A stretch of DNA of 64,000 nt from Puniceicoccaceae bacterium (GCA_040830765.1 JBFOMH010000005.1:224001-288000); one strand, 5' to 3'. Positions 8,456 to 18,583 are shown, numbered from the stretch's first letter. Program-made: numbers and translations. The notes: generated from the letters alone by a model not told the origin.

Positions 8456-10300
8456 TCACTCTGCAATTTCCTTTCTGAGGCGGACCGGAAAGAGCCATTC
8501 GAGGAATATCATGGCGAATTGGGAGAACCAGAACACCAGAAGCCAGAAAAAGGCACTATCCATGAATCCGTAGGAGTGCAGACCGACGCCGAGCATATTT
8601 GTTCCAAACCACGACCAGGCCGTGATGACATTCCCGATGATGGAGAGATTGACCAGCCCACGGGTCTTGATGAGACCGCCCCGCAGGGCATGGAGGATCA
8701 TGGCCGTCCAGAGGACAATCATGAGGGCCCCGTTTTCCTTCGGATCCCAGCCCCAGAAGCGTCCCCATGACTGGTCAGCCCAGATGCCGCCAAGGACTGT
8801 CCCGACAAAGCTGAAGAGCAGGGAAAAACAAACAGCGCCATAGATCATCCGGTGGAAGGACTGCTGCATCTCCTTGGGCATTCCACTCCGGGTACGGAAC
8901 CAGCCGTTCAAAGTGTAAATAATGCCCAGGAAGCCGGCCAGGAATGTGGCTCCATAGCCCATCGTAATCGTGATCACGTGGGTACTGAGCCAGAAGTTGG
9001 AATTCAGGACGGCCCGCATCTTCTCCATCGTGTCGCCGGTATCGGAAAGATGGTGCGCGACCAGCAGGGTCAGGAAACCAACTGTTGCCGCGGCTAGTGA
9101 CCCGACACCCTTGCGTTGGAAGTGCTCAAAGATGAGGCTCAGCAGAACCGCTACCCAGCCGACAAAAACAGCTGAGGAATAGAGGTTTGTCACCGGTGCA
9201 TAGCCGGTAATGATCACCCGCAGGACCAGTCCGGCGGTGTGAATGACAAAGCCAATCCACAAGATCCGGTAGGCATTGGCGAGGAACACCTTGGGCGTAA
9301 AGAGCCAGCCGAGGAAAACCAGCAGGGTCACAAGGACATAAAGAGCCAAAGCGACGATAAAGGGTTGGCTCTGGTTGAAATAGAACTCCATCACCGGATG
9401 CTCGCCGGTTTTGGCAACCGCGGGAGCGAAAGCCGCCAGCTCTGCGGCAGCTTCGGCAAAGGCCTCGGCATCCCCACCCTGCCTGGCCTGGGCCAGCTTG
9501 CCAAGGGTGACCATTTGCTCGGGAAGGCCACCGGTCATCGGAATGCCCTCGACCATGACGTCGCCGGGTTTCTTCCACTCCCCATTGTAGTTGAGCAGGA
9601 AGATGGTAGTCCGGGACATTTCGCTAAGCTGCTGCATGTGCATGCGCAGCATCGGGGAATCGAGGTTCTGGGGCGTTGACTGGCCCGAAGCGGCAAACTG
9701 GTTGGCCGCCTCCATGACACTGTTGACGACTCCGTTGTAGAAGCTCGGTACACTCTGTCGCAAACGCAGCGGATACACCGTCTGGGCAACCATCTGGTAG
9801 AGGGCCAGATTGCCATAGAGCTGGTTGATCGCCGTCTCGTAGGAATTGCGTTGCTTGCTGTCGGGATTTATCTGCCGGGCCTGCTCCTGGACCTTCATCA
9901 GGTAAGGCTCCAGATCCGCATAGCTGAAGTACTTCTTTGTCCCGGCTTCAAGGCCGAACATGCCCAGGATATCCGGGTGATCGATGCGGAAAACCGGTAT
10001 CTTGTCTGCTTCCTGACGATCGAAGAGCACCTCCGTCAACCAGTCGATGGCTTCCACCTTGCGACGCTCGGTGGTCCCGTCTTCCAGTTCGGCCTTGTAC
10101 TTGATGGATTGCTTGCCGCGGATAAGCAGAAGGGTGTGCCGGGCAACGGCATCCAAGGGCTTGACGCGTCCTCCTTCAAGTACCGGCATTTGACCGAGGA
10201 CCGCCTCGGCGGAGGTGTCCGGCTTGACCAGGGGTTGGGCCACCGGCCAGATGCAGAGCAGCGCCAGTAACCAGATAATGCTAATACCTGCCCATTTCAT
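8456..10300 (-). CDS. ccsA: Cytochrome c biogenesis protein CcsA/ResC (system II) with periplasmic extension
   Basis: WWD motif WADQSWGRFWGWDPKEN and GLHSYG. Start ATG 10300 overlaps the upstream stop (TAATG). Confidence 0.9.
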   Translation of the reverse strand: MKWAGISIIWLLALLCIWPVAQPLVKPDTSAEAVLGQMPVLEGGRVKPLDAVARHTLLLIRGKQSIKYKAELEDGTTERRKVEAIDWLTEVLFDRQEADKIPVFRIDHPDILGMFGLEAGTKKYFSYADLEPYLMKVQEQARQINPDSKQRNSYETAINQLYGNLALYQMVAQTVYPLRLRQSVPSFYNGVVNSVMEAANQFAASGQSTPQNLDSPMLRMHMQQLSEMSRTTIFLLNYNGEWKKPGDVMVEGIPMTGGLPEQMVTLGKLAQARQGGDAEAFAEAAAELAAFAPAVAKTGEHPVMEFYFNQSQPFIVALALYVLVTLLVFLGWLFTPKVFLANAYRILWIGFVIHTAGLVLRVIITGYAPVTNLYSSAVFVGWVAVLLSLIFEHFQRKGVGSLAAATVGFLTLLVAHHLSDTGDTMEKMRAVLNSNFWLSTHVITITMGYGATFLAGFLGIIYTLNGWFRTRSGMPKEMQQSFHRMIYGAVCFSLLFSFVGTVLGGIWADQSWGRFWGWDPKENGALMIVLWTAMILHALRGGLIKTRGLVNLSIIGNVITAWSWFGTNMLGVGLHSYGFMDSAFFWLLVFWFSQFAMIFLEWLFPVRLRKEIAE

Positions 10301-11511
10301 TATTTGATCCTCCGGGTCATGCGGTATCCCGCAACAGTGAACTGCCAACACAGGCCGATGGAGACGAGGATGCAGGCGATGTAAGGCACCAGCCATCCGG
10401 GATTCTTGACCACCTGGAACATGGATGCCGTATCCTGCTTGGCAAAGGAGGCCTGGTAATAGGTGCGTCCTTCGTAACGCAACGGATTGTTCATGAATAT
10501 CATGACTTCCTTTTCGTCCCCGTTCACAGCGTGCTCCACCCGTACCCGACTGGAGAAGTTGCTGGGAATATTCGTTCCGGGATAGCGGTCATGGTTGAAT
10601 TCAAGCAAGGTGATGGTGTAGGGAAGATAGGTCTTCTTGAAGCGGAGTCCGATCTGGTAGACCTGTCCGTCCACTGTGAATTCCTGCTCCGGGAAACGCT
10701 CCTCAAAAACGTTCGAGACCAGCCAGGATCCGACAACGTCACCCGCACTGAGGACATCCACGACTGCCGTGCGAATGTCCCGGCGCTCATCACTGTTGAA
10801 GGAGCCAATCGCCTTCACGCCAAGATTGAACTGGGCCCCGATGCCGCGTGTGACACCAAAGGTTTCCCGGCCCATGGCCGCCCCACCCTGGTTGATCTCG
10901 GCGTTATTGAAGACCTCCCGCACTCTCAGCTGAAGGGGAAAGAGTCCCGGTTGACCGGGAACTTCCGGTTCCAGCATCATTCCCTTTTTAAGATCCTTGA
11001 AATCGTAGGAAAAGACTCCGAGGCGACCGTCTTCCTTCTGCTTGGTCAGGTAGAACTCGTCCTCATGGAAACTGCGGATGAAATTGGCCTTACCGCCTTC
11101 ATCAAGCCACATGTAGTCTTCCTCCTGGAAGATATTGGTCACCAGCTGGCCAACCAGCAGCATGAGGATGCCGACATGGATAAAGCTGATCCCCATAATG
11201 GACCAGCGGGGCCGCCAGTAGCGCGCATGGGCAAGGACCAGATTCAGGGCCAGCAGGGGGCCAATGAGGTAGCCACCGGGGAGAACCACCGGAATGAACT
11301 TCAGGAAATTGCCTGCAGGCCAGAATTCCGGATAGCGCCAGATGGCGATAAAGCTTTCGAAGTAGATATCCTGGGCCTGGCGAATGCCGATCCGGACTTG
11401 GTCGAGCGTGCCGAAAAAGACCAGCAGGACAGAGAAACCGAGCAGGAAAACTGATAACCTGAGGGATCCCAACTCCTTCAAAAGCCGCTTCAAAAACGGG
11501 AGTATATGCAT
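10300..11511 (-). CDS. Cytochrome c biogenesis protein ResB/CcsB-like
   Basis: N-terminal SLRLSV..TM, conserved His in IHVGILMLLVG, C-terminal MNNPLRYEGRTYYQASF..NPG. Translationally coupled to ccsA. Confidence 0.8.
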   Translation of the reverse strand: MHILPFLKRLLKELGSLRLSVFLLGFSVLLVFFGTLDQVRIGIRQAQDIYFESFIAIWRYPEFWPAGNFLKFIPVVLPGGYLIGPLLALNLVLAHARYWRPRWSIMGISFIHVGILMLLVGQLVTNIFQEEDYMWLDEGGKANFIRSFHEDEFYLTKQKEDGRLGVFSYDFKDLKKGMMLEPEVPGQPGLFPLQLRVREVFNNAEINQGGAAMGRETFGVTRGIGAQFNLGVKAIGSFNSDERRDIRTAVVDVLSAGDVVGSWLVSNVFEERFPEQEFTVDGQVYQIGLRFKKTYLPYTITLLEFNHDRYPGTNIPSNFSSRVRVEHAVNGDEKEVMIFMNNPLRYEGRTYYQASFAKQDTASMFQVVKNPGWLVPYIACILVSIGLCWQFTVAGYRMTRRIK

Positions 11512-11518
11512 GGGGAAT

Positions 11519-12193
11519 TTAGAATTTTATCGAGTCGATGAAAGCACCGTAAGAATCCAACTCTCCCTCAACAGCTGAAGCCGGTCCGGCCATCTTGAAA
11601 AACCAGGTCTTGCCGTTATGGGAAACGGCGGAGACCACCATCTGGATAGCTTCACCACCAGCCGTTACCCCGGCCGGGCCAGTCAAGGACACCTGCCAGC
11701 CGTCCATTCCGGAAATCTCCACCTGCTTGACCAGGGCCAATGCGGAATCCGGGTCCAGTGGCGGGAGTCCGACCTGGCGGCGCCAGCGGTTGATATTAGC
11801 GGCTTGGCCGCCAACATCCCCCGCGAAAGCGCTCACCGAGACATCCGCCATGTTTTCCGGAGGCGTTCCGGTCTGGAAAGCTTTCAGGACCATACTTGAG
11901 GGGGCTTTCTCCACCCAGCCCTGCGGCAAAGAGAATCCGAATCCAGCCGCCGGGGCGGCGTGGGCGGAATGGTCGTGGCCATCGTGCTCGGAATGACCCT
12001 CGGGCAATTCCGCTTGCGGGCTTTCCGCAACTTCCTGGACTTCGACGTATTCCGGCTCAGCCTTGCCGCATCCGGAAATAAAGGTGGCCAAAGCCATGGA
12101 AACCATGATCAGGCCGGCATTGAAACAGGCTGCTCCGGAAAGGCCTCGAGGGCGTCCCGGCTCGACTCCATTATCAGTTGTAATAGGGGGCAT
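11519..12193 (-). CDS. His-rich lipoprotein of unknown function, first gene of the ccs operon
   Basis: Lipobox ISGC, LPEGHSEHDGHDHSAH, domain with GG..ANINRWRRQVGL and WFFKMAGP. Start uncertain (12193 or later). Confidence 0.65.
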   Translation of the reverse strand: MPPITTDNGVEPGRPRGLSGAACFNAGLIMVSMALATFISGCGKAEPEYVEVQEVAESPQAELPEGHSEHDGHDHSAHAAPAAGFGFSLPQGWVEKAPSSMVLKAFQTGTPPENMADVSVSAFAGDVGGQAANINRWRRQVGLPPLDPDSALALVKQVEISGMDGWQVSLTGPAGVTAGGEAIQMVVSAVSHNGKTWFFKMAGPASAVEGELDSYGAFIDSIKF

Positions 12194-12282
12194 GGCGCAA
12201 AGGTAACCATCCCGTTTCACTGTAGTCAAGTAAGGCCGGAAATGATTTTCCGAAAAAACATCAAGGCACTTAAGGGAGCTTC

Positions 12283-12879
12283 TTAATCAAACTCCCGCCG
12301 TCCCTCGAGCGCGCTTCTCAAGGTAGTGGCATCGGCGTAGGGAATCCCTCCCCCACTCGGCAGGCCAAACCCGATGCGGCTGACCTTGACGGGAAGCCCG
12401 GCAACAATTTCCTCCTGCAGATAGTGGCAGGTGGCCTCCCCCTCGATGTCATTGGAAAGGGCAAGGATGATTTCACTAATCTCCCCGGCTTCAAGCCGCC
12501 CGCGCAAACCCGAGAAGTTGAGGTCTTCCGGGCCCACACCGTGGATCGGCGAAAGCTTTCCCTGCAGGACATGGTACCGGCCGCGATAGGCACCCGCCCG
12601 TTCCATCGAACGCAAGTCGGTAACCGATTCCACGATACAGAGCAGTGAGCTATTGCGTGAAGGATCCTGGCAGATGTCACAAGGTCCGCCTTCGCTCAGG
12701 TTCCCGCATTGCGGGCAGGCAGCAACCTTTTCGCGGGCCTGCTCGAGGGCCTCCATGAGTTCATTGCAGGCATCCGGCTTTTCTACCAGCAGGTGCAAGG
12801 CAATCCGCTCAGCGGACCGGTAACCCAGGCCGGGCAGTCGCTTCAGGCATTGCTGGAGGTACTCGAAGGAACCAGACAT
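12283..12879 (-). CDS. recR: Recombination mediator RecR
   Basis: LPGLGYRSAERIA HhH, C4 zinc finger, Toprim EGEAT..SRIGFGLP. Start ATG 12879. Confidence 0.95.
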   Translation of the reverse strand: MSGSFEYLQQCLKRLPGLGYRSAERIALHLLVEKPDACNELMEALEQAREKVAACPQCGNLSEGGPCDICQDPSRNSSLLCIVESVTDLRSMERAGAYRGRYHVLQGKLSPIHGVGPEDLNFSGLRGRLEAGEISEIILALSNDIEGEATCHYLQEEIVAGLPVKVSRIGFGLPSGGGIPYADATTLRSALEGRREFD

Positions 12880-12895
12880 GTCCGGACAGCCTTTC

Positions 12896-13210
12896 CTAAA
12901 GTCCGGGCATTCCCGGAACCTGAAATTCCGACGTGACGGCCTGCATGGCCTCCTCGCTCCTCGAGGACGCTTCCTTGAGGGCGTTTTGCACCGCCTCGAG
13001 GATCGTCTCCTCGACGAAGGCGGCATCCTCCTTGAGGAATTCCGGGTCCAACTTGATCCCCTTGATTTCCGACTGCAGGGATACGGTCACTGTGACCGCT
13101 CCTCCCCCACTGGCGATATCAATATTCTGTTGGGCGAGTTCTTCCTGCAAAGCGGTCATTTTCTTCTGCAGCTTCGCCATCTGCTTCATCATTTTACCAA
13201 GTCCTGCCAT
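12896..13210 (-). CDS. ybaB: Nucleoid-associated protein YbaB/EbfC
   Basis: SGGGAVTVTV motif, 104 aa, canonical position upstream of recR. Confidence 0.9.
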   Translation of the reverse strand: MAGLGKMMKQMAKLQKKMTALQEELAQQNIDIASGGGAVTVTVSLQSEIKGIKLDPEFLKEDAAFVEETILEAVQNALKEASSRSEEAMQAVTSEFQVPGMPGL

Positions 13211-13255
13211 GATGTTGAGACGGTTCCCAAGAGCGGGAAGAAAGTCAAGTCTGGC

Positions 13256-14458
13256 TCAGGGCTTCCACAGGCGGGCAAAACGCCGCGCCATCTCGACATG
13301 CAGGCGAATGCCCAGAGGAATAAGGTCATCATTGAAATCGAAGGCCGGGTGATGACAGGCCGGGACCGTCTCCACGTCCTCCGGGCAGGCCGGCAGGAAA
13401 TAGAAAAAGGAAGGCACCTGTTCCCCGAAGAAGGCAAAGTCCTCTCCGCCGAGAATGGGATTTACCTCAAGCAGCCGCTCCTGCTCACCGGTCTCCTCCA
13501 CGATGGCCATGAAAACCTTTTCGGCCTCTGGATGATTAATAAGCACCGGATACCCGACATCACAGCGAATTTTCACTTTCGCACCGTGTGCCTCAGCAAC
13601 CCGGTTGGCCACCTGGATGATACGGTCCCGCAGATCCTCAAGAATTCCCATGTCGAGGGCACGGAATGTTCCGTGCAAATAGGACTGCCCGGCAATGATG
13701 TTGTAGGCAGTTCCGGCATGGAAACGGGTAACGGATACCACCGCCGGTGTCCGCGGGTCCATCCCGCGGGAAACGATTCCCTGCAGCTGGTCAACGATAC
13801 AGGCACCGATGTAAAGCGGATCGACACAGTTCTCAGGAAAAGCGGCATGCCCTCCAACTCCAATAACCTCGATATCGAAAGTGCCCGTTCCGGCCATCAA
13901 TGCGCCCGAGTTGTAGGCGATGCGTCCGCTCTTGAGGTGCGGATCCGGCAAATTGTTGTGCAAACCGAATATGGCATCCACCTTGGGATCCTCGAGTACA
14001 CCTTCACGACACATTTTTGCCGCCCCGGCTCCTCCCTCCTCGGCCGGCTGGAAGATAAACTTAACCGGCCCTTTCAGCTCGTCCCTGAGACCGGCCAGGA
14101 CCTGGATGGCTCCCACCAGCATGGCAGTGTGTCCATCATGCCCGCAGGCATGCATCTTTCCCTGAGTCCGGGAAGTCCATTCCACTCCACTGGCTTCCTC
14201 GATCGGAAGCGCGTCCATATCAGCCCGCAAGGCGACGCAAGGGCCCTCCAATTGCTTCCCCAGGGTGACAGCCACTCCACTGCCGGCCAGGCCCGTCTTG
14301 ATATCCAGCCCCTCTATTCCAGAAATGGCCTCAACGACCTTGCCCGCTGTGCGGTATTCTTCATAGGCCAGCTCCGGATGCTGATGCAGATCGCGCCGCA
14401 AGGCGATGATATCCGGCAAAACGGCGTCTATGGATTCATTCAAGGACTGGTACTTCAT
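13256..14458 (-). CDS. M20D amidohydrolase
   Basis: LHQHPELAYEE, LRADMDALP, MHACGHDGH, FQPAEEG, GEDF motifs. Confidence 0.9.
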   Translation of the reverse strand: MKYQSLNESIDAVLPDIIALRRDLHQHPELAYEEYRTAGKVVEAISGIEGLDIKTGLAGSGVAVTLGKQLEGPCVALRADMDALPIEEASGVEWTSRTQGKMHACGHDGHTAMLVGAIQVLAGLRDELKGPVKFIFQPAEEGGAGAAKMCREGVLEDPKVDAIFGLHNNLPDPHLKSGRIAYNSGALMAGTGTFDIEVIGVGGHAAFPENCVDPLYIGACIVDQLQGIVSRGMDPRTPAVVSVTRFHAGTAYNIIAGQSYLHGTFRALDMGILEDLRDRIIQVANRVAEAHGAKVKIRCDVGYPVLINHPEAEKVFMAIVEETGEQERLLEVNPILGGEDFAFFGEQVPSFFYFLPACPEDVETVPACHHPAFDFNDDLIPLGIRLHVEMARRFARLWKP

Positions 14459-14548
14459 GATAAACGGACCTCTTTAGGTTTGCAGGTGGAGAAGATGACC
14501 CAATTTCGCCTTACCTGCAATCCATTCCACAAGTCCGCTCCGTTTTCC

Positions 14549-15223
14549 CTAGCGTTTACCGCCTACCGAGTCCAGGCGGCCGATTTGCCTCCCCCGGACA
14601 AAGCCGTTCTGGATAGCCCAGATAATCAGTTCCGGGGTGCTGCGCACACCCACCTTGGCCATCACGTTGCGGCGGTGACCCTGGACAGTGGCTACCGATA
14701 GTCCCAGGTCGGTCGCGATTTCTTCATTACTCAATCCCTGCCCGAACAGCTTGACCATTTGTTCTTCCCTCGGGGAAAGCGTCTTGTAGAAGGCCTCCGG
14801 TTCCCGGACCAGCTTCATGAAAGCCTCCTCGATGCTGTCCGAGTAGTAGGTTCGGGATTGCTCCAGCGCCCGGAAGGCCTTCTGCAACTCGACGCCGCTG
14901 GTCTCCTTCTTGTCCAGGACAGCCATCACGATGCTTCTCTTCAGCTTGATGACCGGGTAGTTACTGGCATGTGCCGTCAAGACCATGATCCGCGTGTTCG
15001 GACGGCGGGCCAGTTGCCAGTCGACATAGCGCAAGCCATCCCCGTCCGGAAGATCAAGGTCAAGGAGGACAAGATCCATCTCAACCGACTCGCTCAGGGC
15101 ATTGGCAGCCGCCAGGCTGTCTGCTTCTCCCACCACCTCAAGGCCCGCACCCTTAAGCCAGATGACCAGGAATTCGCGGAACATCTTCTCGTCCTCCACA
15201 ACCAGTACTTTTCGAATAACCAT
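14549..15223 (-). CDS. NarL/LuxR-family response regulator (no adjacent kinase)
   Basis: Receiver VVEDE..LLDLDLPDGDG and LuxR HTH LSPRE..GLSNEEIA..TVQGHRRN. Start ATG 15223. Confidence 0.9.
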   Translation of the reverse strand: MVIRKVLVVEDEKMFREFLVIWLKGAGLEVVGEADSLAAANALSESVEMDLVLLDLDLPDGDGLRYVDWQLARRPNTRIMVLTAHASNYPVIKLKRSIVMAVLDKKETSGVELQKAFRALEQSRTYYSDSIEEAFMKLVREPEAFYKTLSPREEQMVKLFGQGLSNEEIATDLGLSVATVQGHRRNVMAKVGVRSTPELIIWAIQNGFVRGRQIGRLDSVGGKR

Positions 15224-15269
15224 GATCCAGAAGGTCTGGCCAGTGGTGGGCTCCGGCAAGGGAGATAAT

Positions 15270-15285
15270 TACCTGAATTCAGGTA
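15270..15285. promoter_or_regulatory. Perfect 16-bp palindrome, NarL-type 7-2-7 box
   Basis: TACCTGA-AT-TCAGGTA just upstream of a TTGCCG -35-like hexamer (15259) of the response regulator gene. Confidence 0.6.
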
Positions 15286-15305
15286 GTTTGCGGGATTCTT
15301 TTGCT

Positions 15306-15337
15306 AAAAAAAAGGCCCTGCCGGATGGCAGGACCTT
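15306..15337 (-). terminator. Intrinsic terminator of metK-ahcY
   Basis: Minus strand AAGGTCCTGCC-ATCC-GGCAGGGCCTT followed by a T run. Confidence 0.85.
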
Positions 15338-15365
15338 GCAAAGGTTTTGAAGAGATCCGGGAAGC

Positions 15366-16790
15366 TCAATAGCGGTAGTGATCGCTCTTGTAAGGACCTT
15401 CCACCTTCACCCCGATGTATTCTGCCTGCTCGGAGGTCAACTGGGTCAGGCGGGCCCCGATTTTCTCAAGGTGCAGCCGGGCCACCTCCTCATCCAGATG
15501 CTTGGGCAGGATATAGACGCCGGGGGTATACTGCTCGACATGCTCCCAAAGCTCAATCTGGGCCAGAACCTGGTTGGTGAAGCTGTTTGACATGACAAAG
15601 CTCGGATGCCCGGTGGCACACCCAAGATTAACGAGGCGACCCTCAGCCAGAAGGTAGATGGCGTGCCCGTCGGGGAAGGTGTACTTGTCAACCTGCGGCT
15701 TGATATTGGTCCGCTCGACCCCGTTGAGGTTTTTCATGTTGTCGACCTGGATCTCATTGTCGAAGTGGCCGATGTTACAGACAATGGCCTGATCGGCCAT
15801 CTTCTCCATGTGCTCGAGCTTGATGATATCCTTGTTGCCGGTCGTCGTGACATAGATGTTCCCCCAACCGAGAGTATCCTCGATAGTCAGGACCCGATAA
15901 CCTTCCATGGCTGCCTGGAGGGCGCAAATGGGATCGATTTCCGTCACCACTACCTGTGCCCCCATTCCCTTGAGCGCAGCGGCACAACCCTTGCCGACAT
16001 CACCGTAGCCGCAGACAACCGCAACCTTGCCCGAGATCATGACATCCGTGGCCCGCTTGATGCCATCGATAAGGCTTTCCCGGCAACCGTAAAGGTTGTC
16101 GAACTTGCTCTTGGTGACGGAATCATTGACGTTGATGGCCGGCACCAGGAGCGTTCCCTTTTTCTGCATTTCGTAGAGGCGGTGGACTCCGGTGGTCGTT
16201 TCCTCGGATACGCCCTTCCACTCCTTGACAACATCGTGCCAGCGGGTGGGCTCCTCCGACTTGACGTGCCGGAGCAAGTCCTTGATGACCTGCTCCTCTT
16301 CACTGCCGGATGGCGTGTCAATCCAGTCGCTGCCATCCTCCAGCTCATAACCCTTGTGAATCAGCAAGGTGGCGTCACCTCCATCATCGACGATGAGCTG
16401 CGGTCCCTTGCCATCCGGCCAGGTCAGGGCCTGGTAGGTGCACCACCAGTATTCTTCCAGGGATTCGCCCTTCCAGGCAAAGACCGGCACCCCGCTGGCC
16501 GCGATGGCGGCGGCGGCATGGTCCTGGGTCGAGAAGATGTTGCAGGAACACCAGCGGACGTCCGCCCCGAGGTCCCTGAGGGTCTCAATCAGAACCGCTG
16601 TCTGCACGGTCATGTGAAGCGAGCCCATGATGCGCACACCAGCCAGCGGCTTGCTGGCGGCATACTTTTCACGGGTAGCCATCAGGCCGGGCATTTCGTG
16701 CTCGGCGATTTCAATTTCCTTGCGACCGAAATCGGCGAGGCCGATGTCCGCAACTTTGTAATCCAATACTTCCTGTACGTCTGTACTCAT
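15366..16790 (-). CDS. ahcY: S-adenosyl-L-homocysteine hydrolase
   Basis: [62 protein letters not shown]. Confidence 0.98.
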   Translation of the reverse strand: MSTDVQEVLDYKVADIGLADFGRKEIEIAEHEMPGLMATREKYAASKPLAGVRIMGSLHMTVQTAVLIETLRDLGADVRWCSCNIFSTQDHAAAAIAASGVPVFAWKGESLEEYWWCTYQALTWPDGKGPQLIVDDGGDATLLIHKGYELEDGSDWIDTPSGSEEEQVIKDLLRHVKSEEPTRWHDVVKEWKGVSEETTTGVHRLYEMQKKGTLLVPAINVNDSVTKSKFDNLYGCRESLIDGIKRATDVMISGKVAVVCGYGDVGKGCAAALKGMGAQVVVTEIDPICALQAAMEGYRVLTIEDTLGWGNIYVTTTGNKDIIKLEHMEKMADQAIVCNIGHFDNEIQVDNMKNLNGVERTNIKPQVDKYTFPDGHAIYLLAEGRLVNLGCATGHPSFVMSNSFTNQVLAQIELWEHVEQYTPGVYILPKHLDEEVARLHLEKIGARLTQLTSEQAEYIGVKVEGPYKSDHYRY

Positions 16791-16805
16791 TTTTAAATTC
16801 CTCAA

Positions 16806-17981
16806 TTAGCTGTTAATGGCGGCCTTCAACTCATCGACGCGATTGACCTGCTCCCATGGCATCTCCGGCTTGCCAAAGTGGCCATAATGGGTGCTGGCCT
16901 GGTAGATTGGTCGCAGGAGATCCAGCTGACCAATGATATCCGCCGGCTTGAAATTAAAGACCTTCTTGATGGCCTCGATGATATCAGCGTCGGGGAACTT
17001 GCCCGTATCGAAGGTCTCAATGTGGATGGATGTCGGGTGTGGATAGCCGATGGCGTAGGCCACCTGCAACTCGCAGATGTCTGCCAGACCGGCAGCGACA
17101 ACATTCTTCGCTACCCAGCGGCACATGTAGGCTGCCGAGCGGTCGACCTTGGAGGGATCCTTCCCCGAAAAGGCACCACCACCGTGGCGGCCCCAGCCGC
17201 CATAGGTATCAACAATGATTTTCCTGCCCGTCAGGCCGGCATCCCCTTCCGGACCACCGATGACAAACTTGCCCGTCGGGTTGATGAGATACTGAGTGCT
17301 GCCATTCAACAATTCGTGCGGCAGGACCTTGCGGACGACTTCTTCAATAATGTAGGCCTCGATCTCAGCATGGCTGACCGTGTCCTTGTGCTGGGTGGAC
17401 ACGACCACGTTGTCGATGTGGGTTATTTTGCCATCTTCGTAGGCAATACAGACCTGGCTTTTGGCGTCAGGGCGGAGCCAGTCAACTGCCTTGGCCTTGC
17501 GAAGGGATGCCAGTTTACGGAGGATGCGATGGGCGAACATGATCGCGGCCGGCATGTACTCCGGAGTCTCATTGCAAGCGTACCCGAACATGATCCCCTG
17601 GTCGCCAGCGCCCTGTTCGGCGGTTTCCTTGCCTTCGGCGGCCCGGGCATCAACCCCCTGGGCAATGTCCGCACTCTGGCGCGTAAGGTAATTATTTATG
17701 AAGACATCATCGGCGTGGAATACCGGATCGTCCTCCTTGTTCTCGTAGCCGATTTCCCGGATAGCCTCACGGATAACGGCATTGTAATCAAACTTCGCCT
17801 CGGTGGTAATTTCCCCGGCGACGGTCACCATGTTGCTTTTAACCAGCGTCTCACAGGCAACCCGGCTGGCCGGGTCCTGCTCGAGACAGGCGTCAAGAAT
17901 ACTGTCGGATATGTAATCCGCCACCTTATCAGGATGACCCTCGCCGACAGACTCAGAACTGAATTTCATTGTAATTCCCAT
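16806..17981 (-). CDS. metK: S-adenosylmethionine synthetase
   Basis: [33 protein letters not shown]. Start ATG 17981 (or 17969). Confidence 0.98.
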   Translation of the reverse strand: MGITMKFSSESVGEGHPDKVADYISDSILDACLEQDPASRVACETLVKSNMVTVAGEITTEAKFDYNAVIREAIREIGYENKEDDPVFHADDVFINNYLTRQSADIAQGVDARAAEGKETAEQGAGDQGIMFGYACNETPEYMPAAIMFAHRILRKLASLRKAKAVDWLRPDAKSQVCIAYEDGKITHIDNVVVSTQHKDTVSHAEIEAYIIEEVVRKVLPHELLNGSTQYLINPTGKFVIGGPEGDAGLTGRKIIVDTYGGWGRHGGGAFSGKDPSKVDRSAAYMCRWVAKNVVAAGLADICELQVAYAIGYPHPTSIHIETFDTGKFPDADIIEAIKKVFNFKPADIIGQLDLLRPIYQASTHYGHFGKPEMPWEQVNRVDELKAAINS

Positions 17982-18025
17982 GCTGACAGTAATTTGAGCA
18001 TCCGGGCCCTCGGCGCAAGTCAAAA

Positions 18026-18051
18026 CATCATCTTATCCTGATAACATGATG
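18026..18051. promoter_or_regulatory. Operator-like palindrome upstream of metK-ahcY (SahR-like)
   Basis: CATCATCTTATC-CT-GATAACATGATG with 11/12 positions paired. Contains overlapping ATCA-N8-TGAT and ATCC-N8-TGAT. Confidence 0.6.
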
Positions 18052-18106
18052 AATGGTTCGGATTTGCCTTGGGAGGCTTGAAATAAGTGGTTCGTGGATG
18101 TAATGA

Positions 18107-18583
18107 ATGAGCATGCCCAAAGAGCAATTGATAGTCTTTTACGACGGGAACTGCCCCTTCTGTGTCGGTTGGGTCAAGTTCCTGCTCGACCGGGACGGGC
18201 ATGACCGGTTGCGCTTTGCCTCCCTGGACAGTGCCTGGAGCGACCGGTTCTTCAAGGAGCAGAACCTGAAAAATCCCGGCAAGGAGAGCATCGTGGTCTG
18301 GGATGGGGAATTCATCCAGCAACGCAGTGCGGCGACGATGGCCATCGCGGAAGCACTCCCGGGCGTCTGGCAGTTAGGCCGGCACATGGACATCTTTCCC
18401 AAGGGCTTTAGAGACGGTACCTACGACTGGGTGGCCCAGAATCGATACAAGTGGTTCGGGAAATACGACACCTGTTGGGTCCCAAAAGCGCAAGATCGCC
18501 GGAAATTCCTCGATCTGGAAGCGAGCCCGGTCCAAGATCCGACCCATGGAAGTCAGGCAGTCGACGATCCGTCTCCGCAGTAA
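18107..18583 (+). CDS. DCC1-like thiol-disulfide oxidoreductase (DUF393)
   Basis: FYDGNCPFC, RFASL, YDWVAQNRYKWFG. Confidence 0.9.
   Translation: MSMPKEQLIVFYDGNCPFCVGWVKFLLDRDGHDRLRFASLDSAWSDRFFKEQNLKNPGKESIVVWDGEFIQQRSAATMAIAEALPGVWQLGRHMDIFPKGFRDGTYDWVAQNRYKWFGKYDTCWVPKAQDRRKFLDLEASPVQDPTHGSQAVDDPSPQ

Noticed and set aside
12878..14701. Long antisense ORFs (also 615-1925, 15606-16796, 16878-18041, 22089-23285, 37442-38575, 52594-54057)
   Set aside because: Shadow frames opposite clearly identifiable genes, common in GC-rich DNA, with no motifs.
17982..18106. SAM or SAH riboswitch upstream of metK
   Set aside because: No riboswitch core recognised, and the promoter-like hexamers leave almost no leader.
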